Assembly: GCA_043228905.1 (NCBI GenBank)
Contig: JBHGNT010000005.1
Coordinates: 4,836,001 to 4,900,000, forward strand
Direction: 5' to 3'
Source of the DNA: Azolla caroliniana
Taxonomy: Eukaryota > Plantae > Polypodiophyta
Length of the DNA stretch: 64,000 nucleotides
Shown here: positions 49,381-63,906 of the stretch, piece after piece
Layout: each line of letters starts with the position of its first letter
How positions within the stretch are numbered: the first letter of the stretch is position 1
Made by a program: the position numbers and the translations under genes
The notes under the pieces: generated by a model
The model's database searches: none
What the model was told of the DNA's origin: nothing
Seen by the model: the letters and a program-made list of their open reading frames with translations, nothing else

Positions 49381-51089
49381 GTGGCATAGACTTAGTTTTG
49401 ACCTCACTAAATGGAAGGAATAGAAAAATAAACCAGAAAATGCCAAATATAGGAAAAAGATATGGAAACTCAATTAATATTGGTGGGTCAGATTACCCAA
49501 GGTTATAACTATACATACATACATACAATTTACAAACAAACAAATATTGGTTTTTGTATAATTATCCAAATAGTTGAACCTACTACTCATCATGGCCCAT
49601 TGTATGAAGTATACCTCACATGAAACCATGAGTCGTACATGGGAACATACTTAGGGTATGTATGCTATGTCATGGGGTTATGCATGCTACAACATGGGCA
49701 TTTTCATTCGATGATCATGTGATTATACATAGTAGATTAGCCACTTAATTTGAGAGGCGAGAGTGACCGACTTTTGGAAGAGTGTGTTCTTTCTTTCCAT
49801 GGTTTATTCATGATCAATGATCCTTTGAAGGCCATCAATGACTCATGGAGGAGAGACACAATGTTGATTTTTGTTTTGATTGTGTTGGCAAGATTTCAGA
49901 TGATACCCTTGGTAAATCACAATTGGTTTGTTATATACTCTATTTGTCTCATTTCTTTGTCATAGGCTTCACTAGAAATTTTTAATGAGCACTTTGGGTC
50001 ATTAAAATATATATGCAATTAGTGAAATATTGATACCCATAATTAAATAATTACATAAGAGAATAATTGTGTTTAGCCATTACTAGAGTGATCAGTGTCG
50101 TAACTAGATCTATTAACAATGTATTAATGACAAATGACATTAGGCTTGATGCTAATGTAGTATGTTTCTTGTTTTTCATTTCAAATGTGAAGTGTTCAAT
50201 ATGAACTATCCTATTTTATAAATTGGACGAGTCCTTTAATATGCAATCATGCACGATGGACTTGTGACCAACTTTCTTCTTCTTCTTTTTTCCAAAAAAA
50301 AACTCCTTCCATTAGTTATAAAATTTTACAAATGAGGCGATTATGTACAAATCCCTAAAGGGACGCGATAGTTCCATCTAATGTGGAAGCCCATTGACTC
50401 AAGAAAGGGAGAGGACGACCATTGTTGGACTTGTGACCAACCTTGAGTTTGCCACTACATTTCCCATGTCAATTTATTAAGTATTAAAATATTGGGTTAT
50501 CATGGATTTGCCTAGGAGAGCGAAACACACTTTAATGCATGAATGAGAAGGTCGCCAAATAGAACTCCATGCAACACATTAAATGTAGCATTTTTGGAAA
50601 AACTCATCAAAATATCACCTAATAAACAAAAGCTCAATTGAGACACGCCATCCACTTGGTAGCAAAGATGCTAGGTGTGTGCCACAACATGTTGATACTC
50701 CAATGTGGCAGATATTTAATGTTCATCCAATCTTCCCCCATATATCAATAATCTTGCTCCATCCCTCTCATGTTTTTCTCTCAACCTCGTTTGTGCCCCC
50801 ATCATTTATCCAGCTAGATGCTTCTCATAGACAAAAACTAAATTGTTGTTACTTTGATAAAAGTTTTTATAGTTTTACGTTTACCACATTAATGTAAATA
50901 GAGATCATCCTTAGGTGTATGGAGGATTAGGAGATATCCTAGGACACGAGGACAACGTAGGAACTAACTTTACGAGTTCATGGGATTTGGCTAAAAAAAA
51001 GGATATAAAATCCTTGTTGGAGGATGCGAGTAAACAAGTCAATCATTAATGAAGAAGTTACCTTTGATTTGAGAGAGAGAAAGAGACAA

Positions 51090-51300
51090 AGCCCGAATGG
51101 ATTTATCTCAGTTGGTAAGGTTGCCCAATGGACACCAGGTGGTCATGGGTTCAACCCCGAAATTCCACAATTAGACAACCAAACCTGAAATAAGAGGTGA
51201 AATAAGAGATGTCTTTGGAGTAATAGAGAGGTGTCAAACCCAAGATGTAGTGCTAGTAATGTAACGACTTACCACTAGGGTAAGCTAATTACGATAGAAC
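51090..51300 (+). mobile_element. tRNA-derived SINE-like element inserted in a (GA)n tract
   Basis: A box TATCTCAGTTGG (51104) and B box GGTTCAACCC (51148) at tRNA spacing; flanked by GA repeats. Confidence 0.5.
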
Positions 51301-52552
51301 AAAGAGAGAGAGAGAGAGAGAGAGAGAGATCGATCCTCACCAAAGTTCCACTCATGTTCCATAGATCATAATTGGTCTCTCATGGTTGTAAAATCGATAT
51401 ATGTGTGTGAAAGTAGGCCTTCTTTCAAGCATTGGAAGTAAATTCGGTATGTGTATGTGTGAAAGCAAAGGCCTTCTTTCAAGCATTTATTCGTATAGAT
51501 GTTGTCATGAGAACCTAATATTAGTGTCGTATCCAATTGGGTGTCTCATAACATGCTATGAGAGATAAATAATGAAGCATTGATTGCACAAAACGATGAT
51601 ATAGATGTTGCTATTTGAACAAGGTATTAGCTCCATATCTAATCTCACTCGTCACGAAGCATCATATGATATGAAGGTATTAGTAACAAATCATTGGAAC
51701 AACAACTACCAATTCAACATAGCTTTTGGAAATTTGTTACTAGCTGCATTTATCAAATATGCTTGTGAGGTTGTTCAATCATATAATATGAGCATGCCTT
51801 AGTTGTTGATAGTAGTGCCTTCTTGTCGCTATCAAGAAATTTATGATTGAATTATATTACATAGACACACCCCAATACATATGAACTTAATATACTACCT
51901 AATAATCTTAGACAAAAACGCGTTCATCTTGATTTTCGTGCAACCAATTACTTCATATGCTTTTGATGGTGTTCAATCTTTTCACTGTGAACGAAACCCT
52001 TAGGTACTCACTCTCCGATGTACTTCTATGTAATTGTATGATCACTCGATCAAAGCCGTTGCCGTAATCACTTGTCTTCATGCGTTTCATCTTCTTCTTT
52101 TTGCTACCCAACATATTATATGTAAGAGGCAATAAAGTTTTTGTTCAACATTACGATACTAAGGTACAACCTACCCACGACATACATACATACAAAGGCA
52201 TATGTATATGTATGTATGTACATATAATATGAGAAGACATGGATGGGATTGGGTTGGGTGGGGTGGGGGAGCCCATTTTATGTATGTATGTATGTATGTA
52301 TGTACATATGTCTCCGTGTGATGGATGTTTTTGAATGGTGGGCGCGAATTTACTTTAGTGACTGCAGTTTCCATCCTATTTTTGCGAACACATAGTATGT
52401 ATGTATTATTGTTTATATACATTTATTTATGTATGTGTATGAAAATAGGTTTGAAAAAAATAGAGCAACACCTGCAACGGCTACATAATCAATCCTAATA
52501 ACAATCAATCATAATAATAGTAGGAGGAAGACAGATGCACAGAGAAAGAGAA

Positions 52553-52583
<31 letters not shown>

Positions 52584-52674
52584 ATTTTTAGGACCGTTTA
52601 CTCTGAGACTTGTTTTCTCTGTCTGTCTCTCCCTTCCCTCCCATCTAGCGAGCTCCGCATCTCGCCATAGCCAC

Positions 52675-52678
52675 ACAC

Positions 52679-52740
<62 letters not shown>
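52675..52740. repeat. (CA)n microsatellite
   Basis: About 30 CA units. Other microsatellites: (GA)n 1827-1872, (CT)n 17230-17272 and 26213-26246, (GA)n 43092-43123. Confidence 0.95.
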
Positions 52741-52741
<1 letters not shown>

Positions 52742-52975
52742 GCTAGATTAGGTTTATTCGTGCATACAGACCTCTCTTTTCTTCTTCTTCTTCTTCTTCA
52801 AACTCTTGCGGAAGAAGGATCTCCGTAGCTGCACTCAAGAACGATCTTCTACCAAAGAAACCCTGTCTTCTCTCCACCTCCTCCCCCCCCCCCCCCCCCC
52901 CCCCCCCATCTTCTTCTATTTTGTTTTTTTTTTCACCCGCTCTGTTTGTTCTGTGAAGCTTTACCCGAATCCACC

Positions 52976-55900
52976 ATGTCTACCTCCGCTTCCCCTCCAA
53001 GCTCTCGTCCTTCGAAGAGCTCCAAGCGGAATTCTGGCTCTTCTTCTTCTTCTTCTTCTTCTTCGAGGCGCGAGCTTTCTTTCCGTGGTTATCAGAGCAA
53101 CGCTTCTGGTAAGTTGTCTTCTTCCTGTAGTACATATTGTTTTCCTCCGAATTCTGTACGAATTGTAATGTTTGTCTCCGGACTTTGTCCATATCGTGTT
53201 CTTTTGTTTGTTCTTGAATTCTGTACGAACTGCTTAATTCCTGAATTCGGCTTCATATTCCTGAATTCTCTATGAATGGCTTCATTCGGGAGGTGTCTTC
53301 TTGTTTGAATTGTCAATTCATTATTTTCGAAAGCATATGAAATCTTTAGTTTACGTCCATTACTTTCTTGTTCTTGGATTCTTTACATTCTCGTTAGTTT
53401 TTAAAATAAATCTGTCCGAATGCTTTCTCTACTTTGTATTCAATTTCATTTCATTTCCGTTCGAATTTCGTGGATATATCTCTTATTTCGTAAATTTCCA
53501 TTGTTTCGTAAAGTTCTATGTTTAATTATGGTTTATTTACTTCTGATTTCTATGTGGATTTGTTTCGTTTTCAGATCGCAATTCTATGGATATTCTTGAA
53601 TTATGTATCATTTGCTTTCTTTCTCTTCACATGTCACTGACTGGTTTTTTCTTTTCAGAAAACTGTCTTACTATCTTCATTATTATCCTTTCATATTCAC
53701 CAGGAAGTTGTTGACTTCTTGCTTAACGGTGTCATTTAATGGTTTCTTTCTTCTCATTTGTCTTCTAAATTTCTCTGTTTAATTCAGGCCATTCTAAAGA
53801 CCCATCTATCCGCGAGAAAATCAGCGATCACAAAGAAAACTCTTCAAACATCACCACGGTGAGCGGACGACCTAGTCTGAATCTCAAGACACCTCCAAAG
53901 AAACCATGGGCACACCACTTTTCTAAAGTCTCCACGACAAGTTCACCAAACCCAAGAATCCTAGGGGAAAGGAACAGGTCGTGTTCTCCATTGAGGTCCG
54001 GATCACCAAAGGTAAGCACAGATCTTACTCCAAGGGATGAGCAGAAAAAACCACAGTCCACTGTAGATCAGCAAGAAAACTTCACACCGAAGGGGAAAAG
54101 TGTCACAGAGCTCTCGAAACGAATTCAGAAATTCCTTGTGGATCAAGAAACACTTTTGGGAGTCACAGATCCTGCAAAAAACGATATAGAAATCATAGGT
54201 GTAGCGGATGGGGAGAGAATCCAGGCTTCTCTTTCATCCCCCTATGATCCTTACTGTTCACCTTTTGCTGAGCGTCCTCAGTTCCTGCGTCTCCATGGGA
54301 CAGTATCTTCAATGGAGACCCCAGAAGTGCCGCATAACACTGTGATGATTTCTGAGTTGGGAGGAGAAATTGCACACAATATTCATGTGATATTAAATCC
54401 ACTAGTTCCACATGCAGAGGCTGAAAGACAACAGTCAGATTGTATCGAAGAAATTGAAGAAGGAGAGATTGTGGGAGTGAATTTTAGCGAGTCGCCACAG
54501 CCAGAGGAAGCAAATGTTCTGCTTGCTGGTGATGATGGTGAAGATGAAAGTATGAAAGGTTCACACCACTTCATCGAAGAAGAACATTCGACTGAGTCAC
54601 TCAAAGAGAATTCATTTGTTCAGGGAGGAGATTTAGGAATTTCCCCATTAATGCAAACTGAAGAACTGTCTGATAAGGATGAAAACCAGAAACATGAGGA
54701 AGAAGCAGCACCACTCCAAGACGATGAAGGAGCCAATGAAGCTCAGGAAACTTTAAAAGAGAAGCTTGAACATTCAATTATATGTGAACTCAGAACGAAT
54801 AAATCTCAGATGGAAGATGTTGAAGGAGTTTCTTCTGTGGAATATGATGATATTTCAGATGCAGAACTGTGCAAGGAAAGAAGCTATACCAGAGATATCT
54901 TGTCTGGTGTTCTACTTCTTTTCTTTATGGCATCAGTTCTCATGGCCTCTGGTAGCCCTGGACTTCTTCCATCATCTCTGAGGAATAACTACATTTCAAC
55001 TGGTTGGCATGGAAGCAGATTCCATCAACCTTTATCAGTATTTCTTCAGAACTTTGAAGCTCTTTGGAGTGAAGAGCAGATATCTCTCTCTGTGGATGCA
55101 CGCATGGCCATAGAAGATGCCAAAAATATCTACAGAAACATGAAAAACTTAACTGATTGGAAAGAACAGATCTATATCCGTGCTATTGAAGGTGGGAAAG
55201 ATGTATACAGGCTCATGAAAACCTGGACTGATCAAGCCATTAGTGAACTTCACCTCCAATTTGAATTAACGTCCCACGTTATGGTCGAATGGTGGCGGAA
55301 AGCCAAGGATTCTGAATTTCCTGAAGGTAGAGCTCAACAATTTGAGTGGATGAAAGAGTATGATTTCAGCAATGAGGAATGGATGAATGAAGAAGAAGCA
55401 AATGCAGAGATTGTACTGAATGACTGGGAATTACTTCACGAGTTTGATTTACAGGAAGCAAACAAACTCTTTCGAGGGTCTGTATCCGATAGCGTATGGA
55501 ATGATCTTCAAAAGAATGTCACTCGCTTGAGTGATATGTCTGCAGTGAAAGGTGTTTTGGAGGGTTTAATGAAGCTGAAAGGAGGGAGAACTGAGGAGGA
55601 TAGGATGGAAGTTTTACAATATTTCTGGGAGTATGCAAGGTTGGCTTCTCATGTTGAAGAAGAATATCTTTCATTACACACAGGAGATCATGAAATTATC
55701 AAGGAATCCCTTTATGAAACAGATTCTCATGTTGACGAAGAATATCTTTCAATACACACAGTAGATCTTTCATTACACACCGGAGATCATGAAATTATCA
55801 AGGAATCCCTTTATGAAACAGATGAAATAGATATTATTGTTGAAGTGGCTCCTGAGGTATCTCAGAGTTCAGAAACAGAATCTGAGTTCTCTGGTAATGC

Positions 55901-57123
55901 TGAAATCCTGGAAGATGTAGAACTCAATACAGAACGCTTCTCTAAGAATACCACGGATGGAGAAGAAGCAACACACTGTGATCTTTCTGAGGACTGTCAT
56001 TTTGATCTCTCTGAGAAACATCATCTCTCTGAAAAATCTCATCTCGAACTTTCAAAGGAGGATGTTCACTCTGATGTTCTTACAGCTGAAGAGGGGTACA
56101 GTGCTCCATCAGAAGAAACATCAACAGAAGAAGTTATGGAGCAGTACCTTGCATCAGTGACTTCTGAAGCCACAGCAATTTTATCTGAGGAAGTTGAAAC
56201 TGGTAAAGAGGTGATGCCAATAGTAACCAAAAATGGCGTTCGGAAGACATTCATTACTCAAATAAATTTCTCTGCAAAATCTATCATTGCAGTTGCCATC
56301 ACCACCCTATTGACCATAGGTGTGACTCTAATATTCTGGGGACGCAAATTCAACCTTTACAATGGAACCTCAGTGGTGACTCCACCGATGCCAATATCAG
56401 GTGTGCAGTTCCTAAAGAAGACACGACAACAGCAACATGAAAGCATCACAGCAAATAATAATGCATTGCGGGAGCGTTACAAAGACATTTCCTCAAATGA
56501 TTTAAGAGCAGAAGAGGTATCGACCAGCTTGAAAGTTGAGCATCATGGTGGAGAGAAGGTCACCATGATTGAGGAATTGAATGGGAAGTTTGCTTCTCTG
56601 CTTCGATCTCCCGAACCAAGCTCTCGACAACAGCGGAATAGCCCACACCATGTGAGAGAGGATGAAGACTTGATTAGAAGTCCCCTTCCTGTTTCCACTA
56701 GTGCACATTCTCCATATGGAAGCTTCACAACCTACACGCTCTTGTCCAAGAAAGAGGTAACAGCAATTGTTGGCTGGTTTTCTATGACATTTTCATGCAC
56801 CGATTCATTGTTTCTATCAAATTTGCAATGATTTGATTCATCAACATTGTTTCTATCAAATTTGCAGTCATTTGATTCATAAATATATCCGGATTGACTC
56901 CTTGTTTCTTACACATCTATTGCAAGCTGCAATTCATTCATGAGCATGCACTTTCAACTCATCGATTGATTCTGGTAGCACAAATTTCTAATGTATCAAT
57001 TTATTTACTTTTTTACAGGGCCAGACAGTGGAGTCAAAGTTGACCCCCGTCAGAAGATCAAGCCGCCTCCGTAACCAAGAACCCACCTCAGTGCAACGAC
57101 GTATTGCCATCTCCCCGCCATGA
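52976..57123 (+). CDS. Uncharacterised acidic two-TM protein resembling the Arabidopsis At1g16630/At2g16270 family (exons 52976-53108, 53788-56756, 57019-57123)
   Basis: Phase-compatible GT-AG introns. Motifs KEN, RILGERN, PYDP...RPQFL, YGSFTTY and TPVRRSSRLRN; two hydrophobic segments. The family match is from memory. Confidence 0.8.
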
Positions 57124-57885
57124 TGGGCAAGATAGAGATGATCATATTGAATTTGCTCTTGCTGAACAATTACTTCTTGTTCTGCTCTACTAGTATTTTC
57201 TTTTGTTTTAGTTTGGTGTGTTTTTCCAAGTTGACAAAACAACAGCCCATGATGGTCTTGTAAGTCAGTAATATCTAATGTAGATTTCCGTGCTTGGTTT
57301 GATTTTTTCTCTCCTTCTCTTCTCTTTTTCTTGATACCATTTAAATGAAGCATGCTTTTGAGAGAAAATTCTCTGTTAATGTAGAAAAGCCTGAAGCTTA
57401 GCTTTCTTTACTTTGTTGCACTGAAAAGCATGAATCTTATATAAGCTTGCTAAATACAAGCCAAGGGTTCTTCTCATTGTGGCAATTTTTCACTTTGATA
57501 TAATGGTATGGTGATTCTTTGCCTAGCCTAACGAACTATAGCTATTATTTATAGTTTTCCATGCGGAGAGATCAAGTATATCCACTTCAACCCTTCATAT
57601 TATTTTCTCAACTAATGATGTCAGAGTGAGGCACAAATGTTGAGGGCTTTTCTAACAAAACTGACATGTACAATCCTTTTAGCATCCAATTCTGCATTAT
57701 TTAGTATTGGTAACATGCATATCAATGTGATGGACAGGATGAGATACAAGAGAATGAAAAATTCCGTATGTGTTTGCATGAGAAAAGGGAGGGAAAGTAA
57801 GTCTTCACTCAAAATAGTTCAGCATATTACATCTATGTGATGGTATTGGTAACATGTGCACCAATGTGGTGAGGTTGGGGTTTGG

Positions 57886-58068
57886 CGGGATTGGTGAGAA
57901 GAGTACCTGTTTACAATACTATATCTAGTAACACAGGAAAATAGGAAACAGGAAACAGAAAAGTAATACATCACCTCGGGATTGGTGAGAAGAGTACCTG
58001 TTTACAATACTATATCTAGTAACACAGGAAGATAGGAAACAGGAAACAGAAAAGTAATACATCACCTC
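57886..58068. repeat. Near-perfect tandem duplication, 91-bp unit x2
   Basis: CGGGATTGGTGAGAAGAGTACC...ATACATCACCTC at 57886 and 57977; one substitution. Confidence 0.95.
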
Positions 58069-58280
58069 TTCAAAGGCTCTTTATTGACATAATGGGAGTT
58101 CAAATATTGCAGAATGAAAGATTCAACATATATTTGGCTTGCCCATTTGTGTCTTTGGAATCTGGAACCTCAAGAATGATAAACACCTCTTTTTCTAATA
58201 GCAGCTTATATCCAAAATGATCATTAATGTTATGTATACTACATTACCATGACGGTATATATCATATAATGTTTTTTATC

Positions 58281-60806
58281 TCAATGATCTTCTACAGGAA
58301 AGGCTCCCGTATGCAAGCTTTCAAGCCGCTTTCTACGTTGAAGTTCTCTCTCTATAGCACGTTTCTTTGCAGCCTCCTCATCAAATTTTTTAATAGGAAA
58401 CCATTCTGGTAGTTCAAAATCTAGCCAAGCTTTTGTTTTTGTTACACTGGTGACAATATCTGTTGATATTCTAGATGTAGGTTCTGTCTCTTTATCAACC
58501 TTGGTGAGAAAATGCCGTAATCTGTATTCAGCTACATGAAGTGAAGCCAATTGAATTCCTGTGCCCACTGTCGCAAATACAATTGCAGTTGGTAAAGCCC
58601 TGGAAGGGCCACCTGTAATGAGTGAGACATGCTCATGTTAGAACTTGATCCAAATCATACACATATTTAAGGCTACTTTGTTGAGTTTAGACAAACATTA
58701 GAACTAATTTTGAAAAATATAGGGACTATTAAATAAAGCTAACCAGGATTTGGTAATAGTTTTTGTTGCTTTTGTACAACATTGTAATTGTACATTTACC
58801 CAGTACAATAACAGATGTTCGTATGCATATTATGTATGTAATAAGTTCAAGTTGTAAGAGAATAAAAAAACAAAGGTCATTTCTCTCCCTATCTTCTTAT
58901 TGCTCAAAGGTCATTTCTCTGTTTCAGGAGAAGCACGGTTTCTTGCAACTATGTCTTCTAGATCTTTATTTTTAACTCATCAAAACCCATATAATAGCAG
59001 CACTTCATGTTATGAGGCACTGTTCGGCTTTTAATGTTTCACTCTATGGAATTCACAGCACCTCATTATGTTTGAAAATGTTACATGAAGAAAGATGAGA
59101 ATGTTTCCTTCTTAATGATTAGCACTAACCATGAATCCTGCCAAGAAGAGCACCGCTTGCAAGCCCTCCAAGAAAAAAATTTGCCCAATCATCTGGATCA
59201 GCAGCTCTAAGTTCACGTGTCAACTCTTGAAATCCTTCAGTTTTACACAAAACATTTTGCAAATCAGGAACTTGATTGGACATATTATTCGCCTAAAACT
59301 AGGAATTCACAGTATAAAATTGAAGCTCTGTTGGGTAGCTAGATAAAGCAAATATATGGTTTAATAACTGATGAATTTTGTATCTATACCACAAAAACAG
59401 CACGTGGCTATGGCACAATTGATTCCAGCTGATGTAAACCAACGTAGAGGGGGTTGTCTTTTATAAATTCCAATGCCTACACCAGCTACTGAGCCAATTG
59501 CAGCTGAATAAAATCCAAAAAGCGATTTTTGTGAGTTTTCAAGCACTTGACTTGCCAAGTCGGGTCCATGTTTATAATTGCAGTGGTTTACCAATTACAT
59601 TTTATGCTATTACAGAAGTCACACGTGCCAGTTACAAGAGTATAAAAAATAATATCAAGAATGAGTTGACCAAAGCAATGTGTTGTATTTGACCATAGAT
59701 TGAAATTGTTTTTGGCTATCAAAACACTATAGTGAACTGAAATTTAGAAACACAAGCAATATCATTAACAATCATTCCGGATGGAAACCAAATCTGAACA
59801 ATGGAGACAAAGAAGGCTGAATTTCTATCAGTCAATCAATCAGCCAACCCTGAATTATATGTACCACAAGAGATTGTCCATTACAGTTAAAATGATGGTT
59901 CTAATCTCGAATTGAGCTGAGCTGTTTTTTTAAATGTTTTTATAGCAAGAAAAGAGCAAATTTTCATCGAAACACAGAAGAAGATGAATAATCACATAAA
60001 AATTTACGGTTAAAAATTTATGCTTTCTAATCTCAGATTGAGTCTGTTCTTGTACTAAGAAAGCAGCATGTTTGGAGTGAAGCATAGTGAGAACTCAAAA
60101 GATTCTTTCATAGACTCCAAAAAAACAGAAGAAGATGAGGAAGGACCTCTGGCGATTTGAAAATCAAAATAAAAACATGGATCAAGAAAACCAAATTTGA
60201 AGACACCTTGAAAAATGTCTACCAAAGAATGAGGTGCAGCTAAAAATAAAGCTTTGGATCTCTAATTGATTTGTTTCTACTGCTTAGAGAAATTCACATT
60301 CTAATAAAGAAGAAGTGATTAAATAAAACAAATTTATCAAAAGATCAAAAAATTCTCTTCTGAATTATACATGGCAAAATAAAACACATGAGAAGAAGGA
60401 AGATGCTTCTTCAGAGAATCAAATCAAGCCGAAACACAATACTAGAAGAAATTGATGTTACAATCACAATCAGAAAATCCGGCCCCAGAGAATATATACA
60501 GAACCGAAACTCGACAGCACAAGGAAACGATTTCACAGAAGATTCGTACACAAGAGGAAAAGAAAACGAAGAAGAAGAAGAAATGCAATTCTGAATGGCG
60601 AAACAAAATTGTAACAAGAGAAAGGAATAACCTGCACAGAGAGAGCGAGAAACGATACGAGCAGGCCATCCCTGGCCTCCTTGATAGTCCAGAGGTCTTC
60701 CTGCGGGACTGATTCCATGACTGCGTGGAGGAGGACTCCATGCCTGGTGAACCTTTCCATCATCTGTTCCTGTTCCTGTTCCTGTTTCTGCGTCTGCTCT
60801 GTCCAT
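58281..60806 (-). CDS. Tim17/Tim22/Tim23 family mitochondrial membrane protein, 4 exons (about 60806-60632, 59503-59389, 59238-59130, 58613-58281)
   Basis: Gly-rich TM segments AAIGSVAGVGIG, GINCAIATCCFCGFQELTRELR..DDWAN..LGGLASGALLGRIHGG, and C-terminal LPEWFPIKKFDEEA; GT-AG boundaries. Confidence 0.8.
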
Positions 60807-62709
60807 GATCGAGAACACGGAGAGAATTTCAGTGGGCCAGCTCCGCCACGAAGAAGAAGAAGAAGAAGAGGAGGAGGAGGAGGAGACGAAATAAAGGTTA
60901 AGGAAATTATAGGAGATACCCTTACTCACTTTTCCAAATTCTTCTCATCGTTCGGACGCACCGGATGTCCACCTAATGTCTCCGATTCTTATCTGCATCT
61001 CTTGTGATGATATATATATATCCATCCATATTCACAAGCTAATTGACACTACCCAATTTAATTAATGTCGCCAATTCATATCTCCATGTCTTGTGATGAT
61101 ATATGCATACATATTCACAAGCTTAATTGACACTAGTTTCCGTTGATGTCATTCCTAATCGTTGATCCTTGGTAGCCCATTCATATGTCATTGGGCATCA
61201 CATCACAACAAATTACTTACCCATGCTAGAGTTAATGTTTCATTAATACCTTTTATCCAATTGTTATTAGACGCATCCCTTTCTCTTCTTCATTTGGCAT
61301 ATAGTACTAGTGGAAGCATTTGTTTTTTTTTTGTTTGCTTTTTTTTGTATTATGTAGACATGGCTAATGCAAGAGTTGTATGCCAAACTTCTCCAAAGAA
61401 ATTACCTCAAGCTCAATTTATAATTAGTTTTATAATGAACAAAAAATCAAGCCTATTGCTTGAGACTCAAACATTCAATGACATCATAAAGCAAAAGCTA
61501 TCACTAAAACAACACAAACATAAATTTGAACTTCTAAAGTTGAAACTAATACTCATGTGAATTTACACTTTCATCAAGGTTTGGTATTTCTAAATGAAGA
61601 AGGTAGTGATCAAAAGGCATTCTTGAATAAGATAGTATATTTTGGTATGGCAACAAAGGCTAGACTTTGAAAGACTTGGAAGCTTAGTATATTTCAGACT
61701 CCCTAGAAATGAACATGAGCATGAATACATCCCATGATTGAGTTCAAGCTTGGGACTAGGCTTGGTCTATCCATTGACTCCTTGACTAGGCCACAAATTG
61801 AGTTTCACACTACATTTTTATTGTTTTGTTTAATAGCCTATTGAAATGTCAAACAAAAAAGAGTTTGTTAACTAAGTATAGATTTTTATGATATACAACA
61901 TTAAAGCTGGGAAACAGTGGTGCACAAACAGGTGAAACCATAACACAAATATACAATATATTAGACACTATGTACGAATCCCAATTACGAAACATTACGG
62001 TAGTACTTGCAATCATAAGTAAGCTGAGGTAATAACATATACTTCGTGCAAAAGGCTCATGAGGTTGAAATCTAGCAAAACTTCGAAATTACAATGTTAA
62101 TTTTCGTGAATAGTCATTTCCTACAGATGGCAAAGTACTTTCCTAGGCAATAGTCATTTGCTCCATCATTGATCACAAGAATTCTACAAAGAAAATGGCT
62201 TGGGAACAAGGTTTATTATGTAGAAAATTCCAATCAATGCAAGAGATGACTAGCAAAAGAATGTGTTCAACAAACAAATACAAAAAATTGTAACCAATTA
62301 ACCACCTATAAACACACAAATGAGGAAAAAACCGAATATTAAATCAACAGTGCTGATATTTTCCCTTACACTCCACTCGAAAGTTTTTTATCATATGCCA
62401 GGTGACTTCCCCCATGACAATTTGAGAACCTTTTGTATATAATAAACACACTAGATATTGCCATGAAGCAGTTTTACAAAACAGATCCCCTTTCTTTTCT
62501 ACAAAATTCTCCATTTCTCTTCATCAAGCTCCTTTCTGTCTAATATAGCAAAAAGGCACATAATGTAGAAGCTTTGCTTTTCGTATCCTGAGGATCATTC
62601 ACAACATCACATTCCCAAAGTGTTTCAGGCAACTTCTAGTATATCTTTAAGATACAGAAAGAAGTTTTAGAACATGTTGAAAAGCCAGACAAATTTGCCA
62701 CCTGTAGAA

Positions 62710-63906
62710 TCAAGCCAGATAGTTGTATATCTGTGGGTTTCCTTTGTCCCTTTCCAGATACTCTCTATCAATCAAGCTCTCTATCCTTTTCTTCAAGTCT
62801 GCGGGCTTTATTGGAAATTTGAGCTATAGACAACCAAACAATAATAAAGCTCGTTACATAAGCATTTACGGCAATACATCACCCACAGAATAATCTAAAT
62901 CCAAGAAACCCGAAAAATGGACGCACAACCTGTTGGAAGAGCTCAGTTATCAGCAAAGTATGGCTCAGAACCTTTCTTGTCTTCATGATGCGAACTATCG
63001 CAGCATCTATCTGCAATGAGACCCACGTAACTTTCAAACCATTTCATAAAACAAAAATACTCTTAATCAGGAATTCTTCATTATGATTTTTGATTACCTG
63101 ATACTGTCTATCCTGAAAGACCCTTTCTGTTGTACTTGTATTTTCTTCAATGGTTTCTTTCAGCTGAATGGCATTGACCTACATCCATAAAAGAAGTTCA
63201 GTTATAATGCTGATCTTCAACATGGGACACATTGCCTTAAAAAGCAGAGAGATCATTGCTTATGCCTTTATTCGGAAAAGGGGGGCAACGAAATCTTCAT
63301 TGAAAGCAAAGGAATCTTCATCCTCAACATCTCTTCCTTTAGGTTCCTGCAAAAAGCACAGAAGGTAATTAGAGCATGCTAACAGCTTCGACCTCACGAT
63401 TCTTGACAACTTTAGTCATTCATCCTTGAAGCTGCAAAGTAAAAGGACTACAATATCATGGAAGCAGATCAAATATGCTAAGATAACAACACATGGAATG
63501 TATAAAAAACATCTTACCTTTCAAATTAATTATATGCGTTCAAATTTTATACCTTTGTCAAGACTCTAACTTTCCCACAGGCTAAAGACTGAAGAGTTCT
63601 GCGAAGCTCTTTGTCCTCAATGGCTGTAGTGTCTTTGATTTCTTGGAAACTTAGCCTATCAACACTATTGAACAGCATCAATACCACTGTCTACACATGC
63701 AGACAGAAATCAGCACAAACATTCGAAAATCTTCGCAATGATATAAACAAAGCTTTTGAATATATGTACATACCTGGAAAAGCGATACTGATAGTTCTTT
63801 CTTCCCCTTGGGATAATCAGCTTTCAAAACACAATGACCCAAAGAGTTCTGCCACATAAGCCTACGCCCACTATGCTTGCTTAGATAGAACTCTTTAAAA
63901 ATGTCC
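62710..63906 (-). CDS. CUL4: Cullin-4, last six exons (the gene continues beyond the window)
   Basis: [47 protein letters not shown], the neddylation motif [13 protein letters not shown], and [17 protein letters not shown]...YNYLA followed by stop. Confidence 0.95.
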
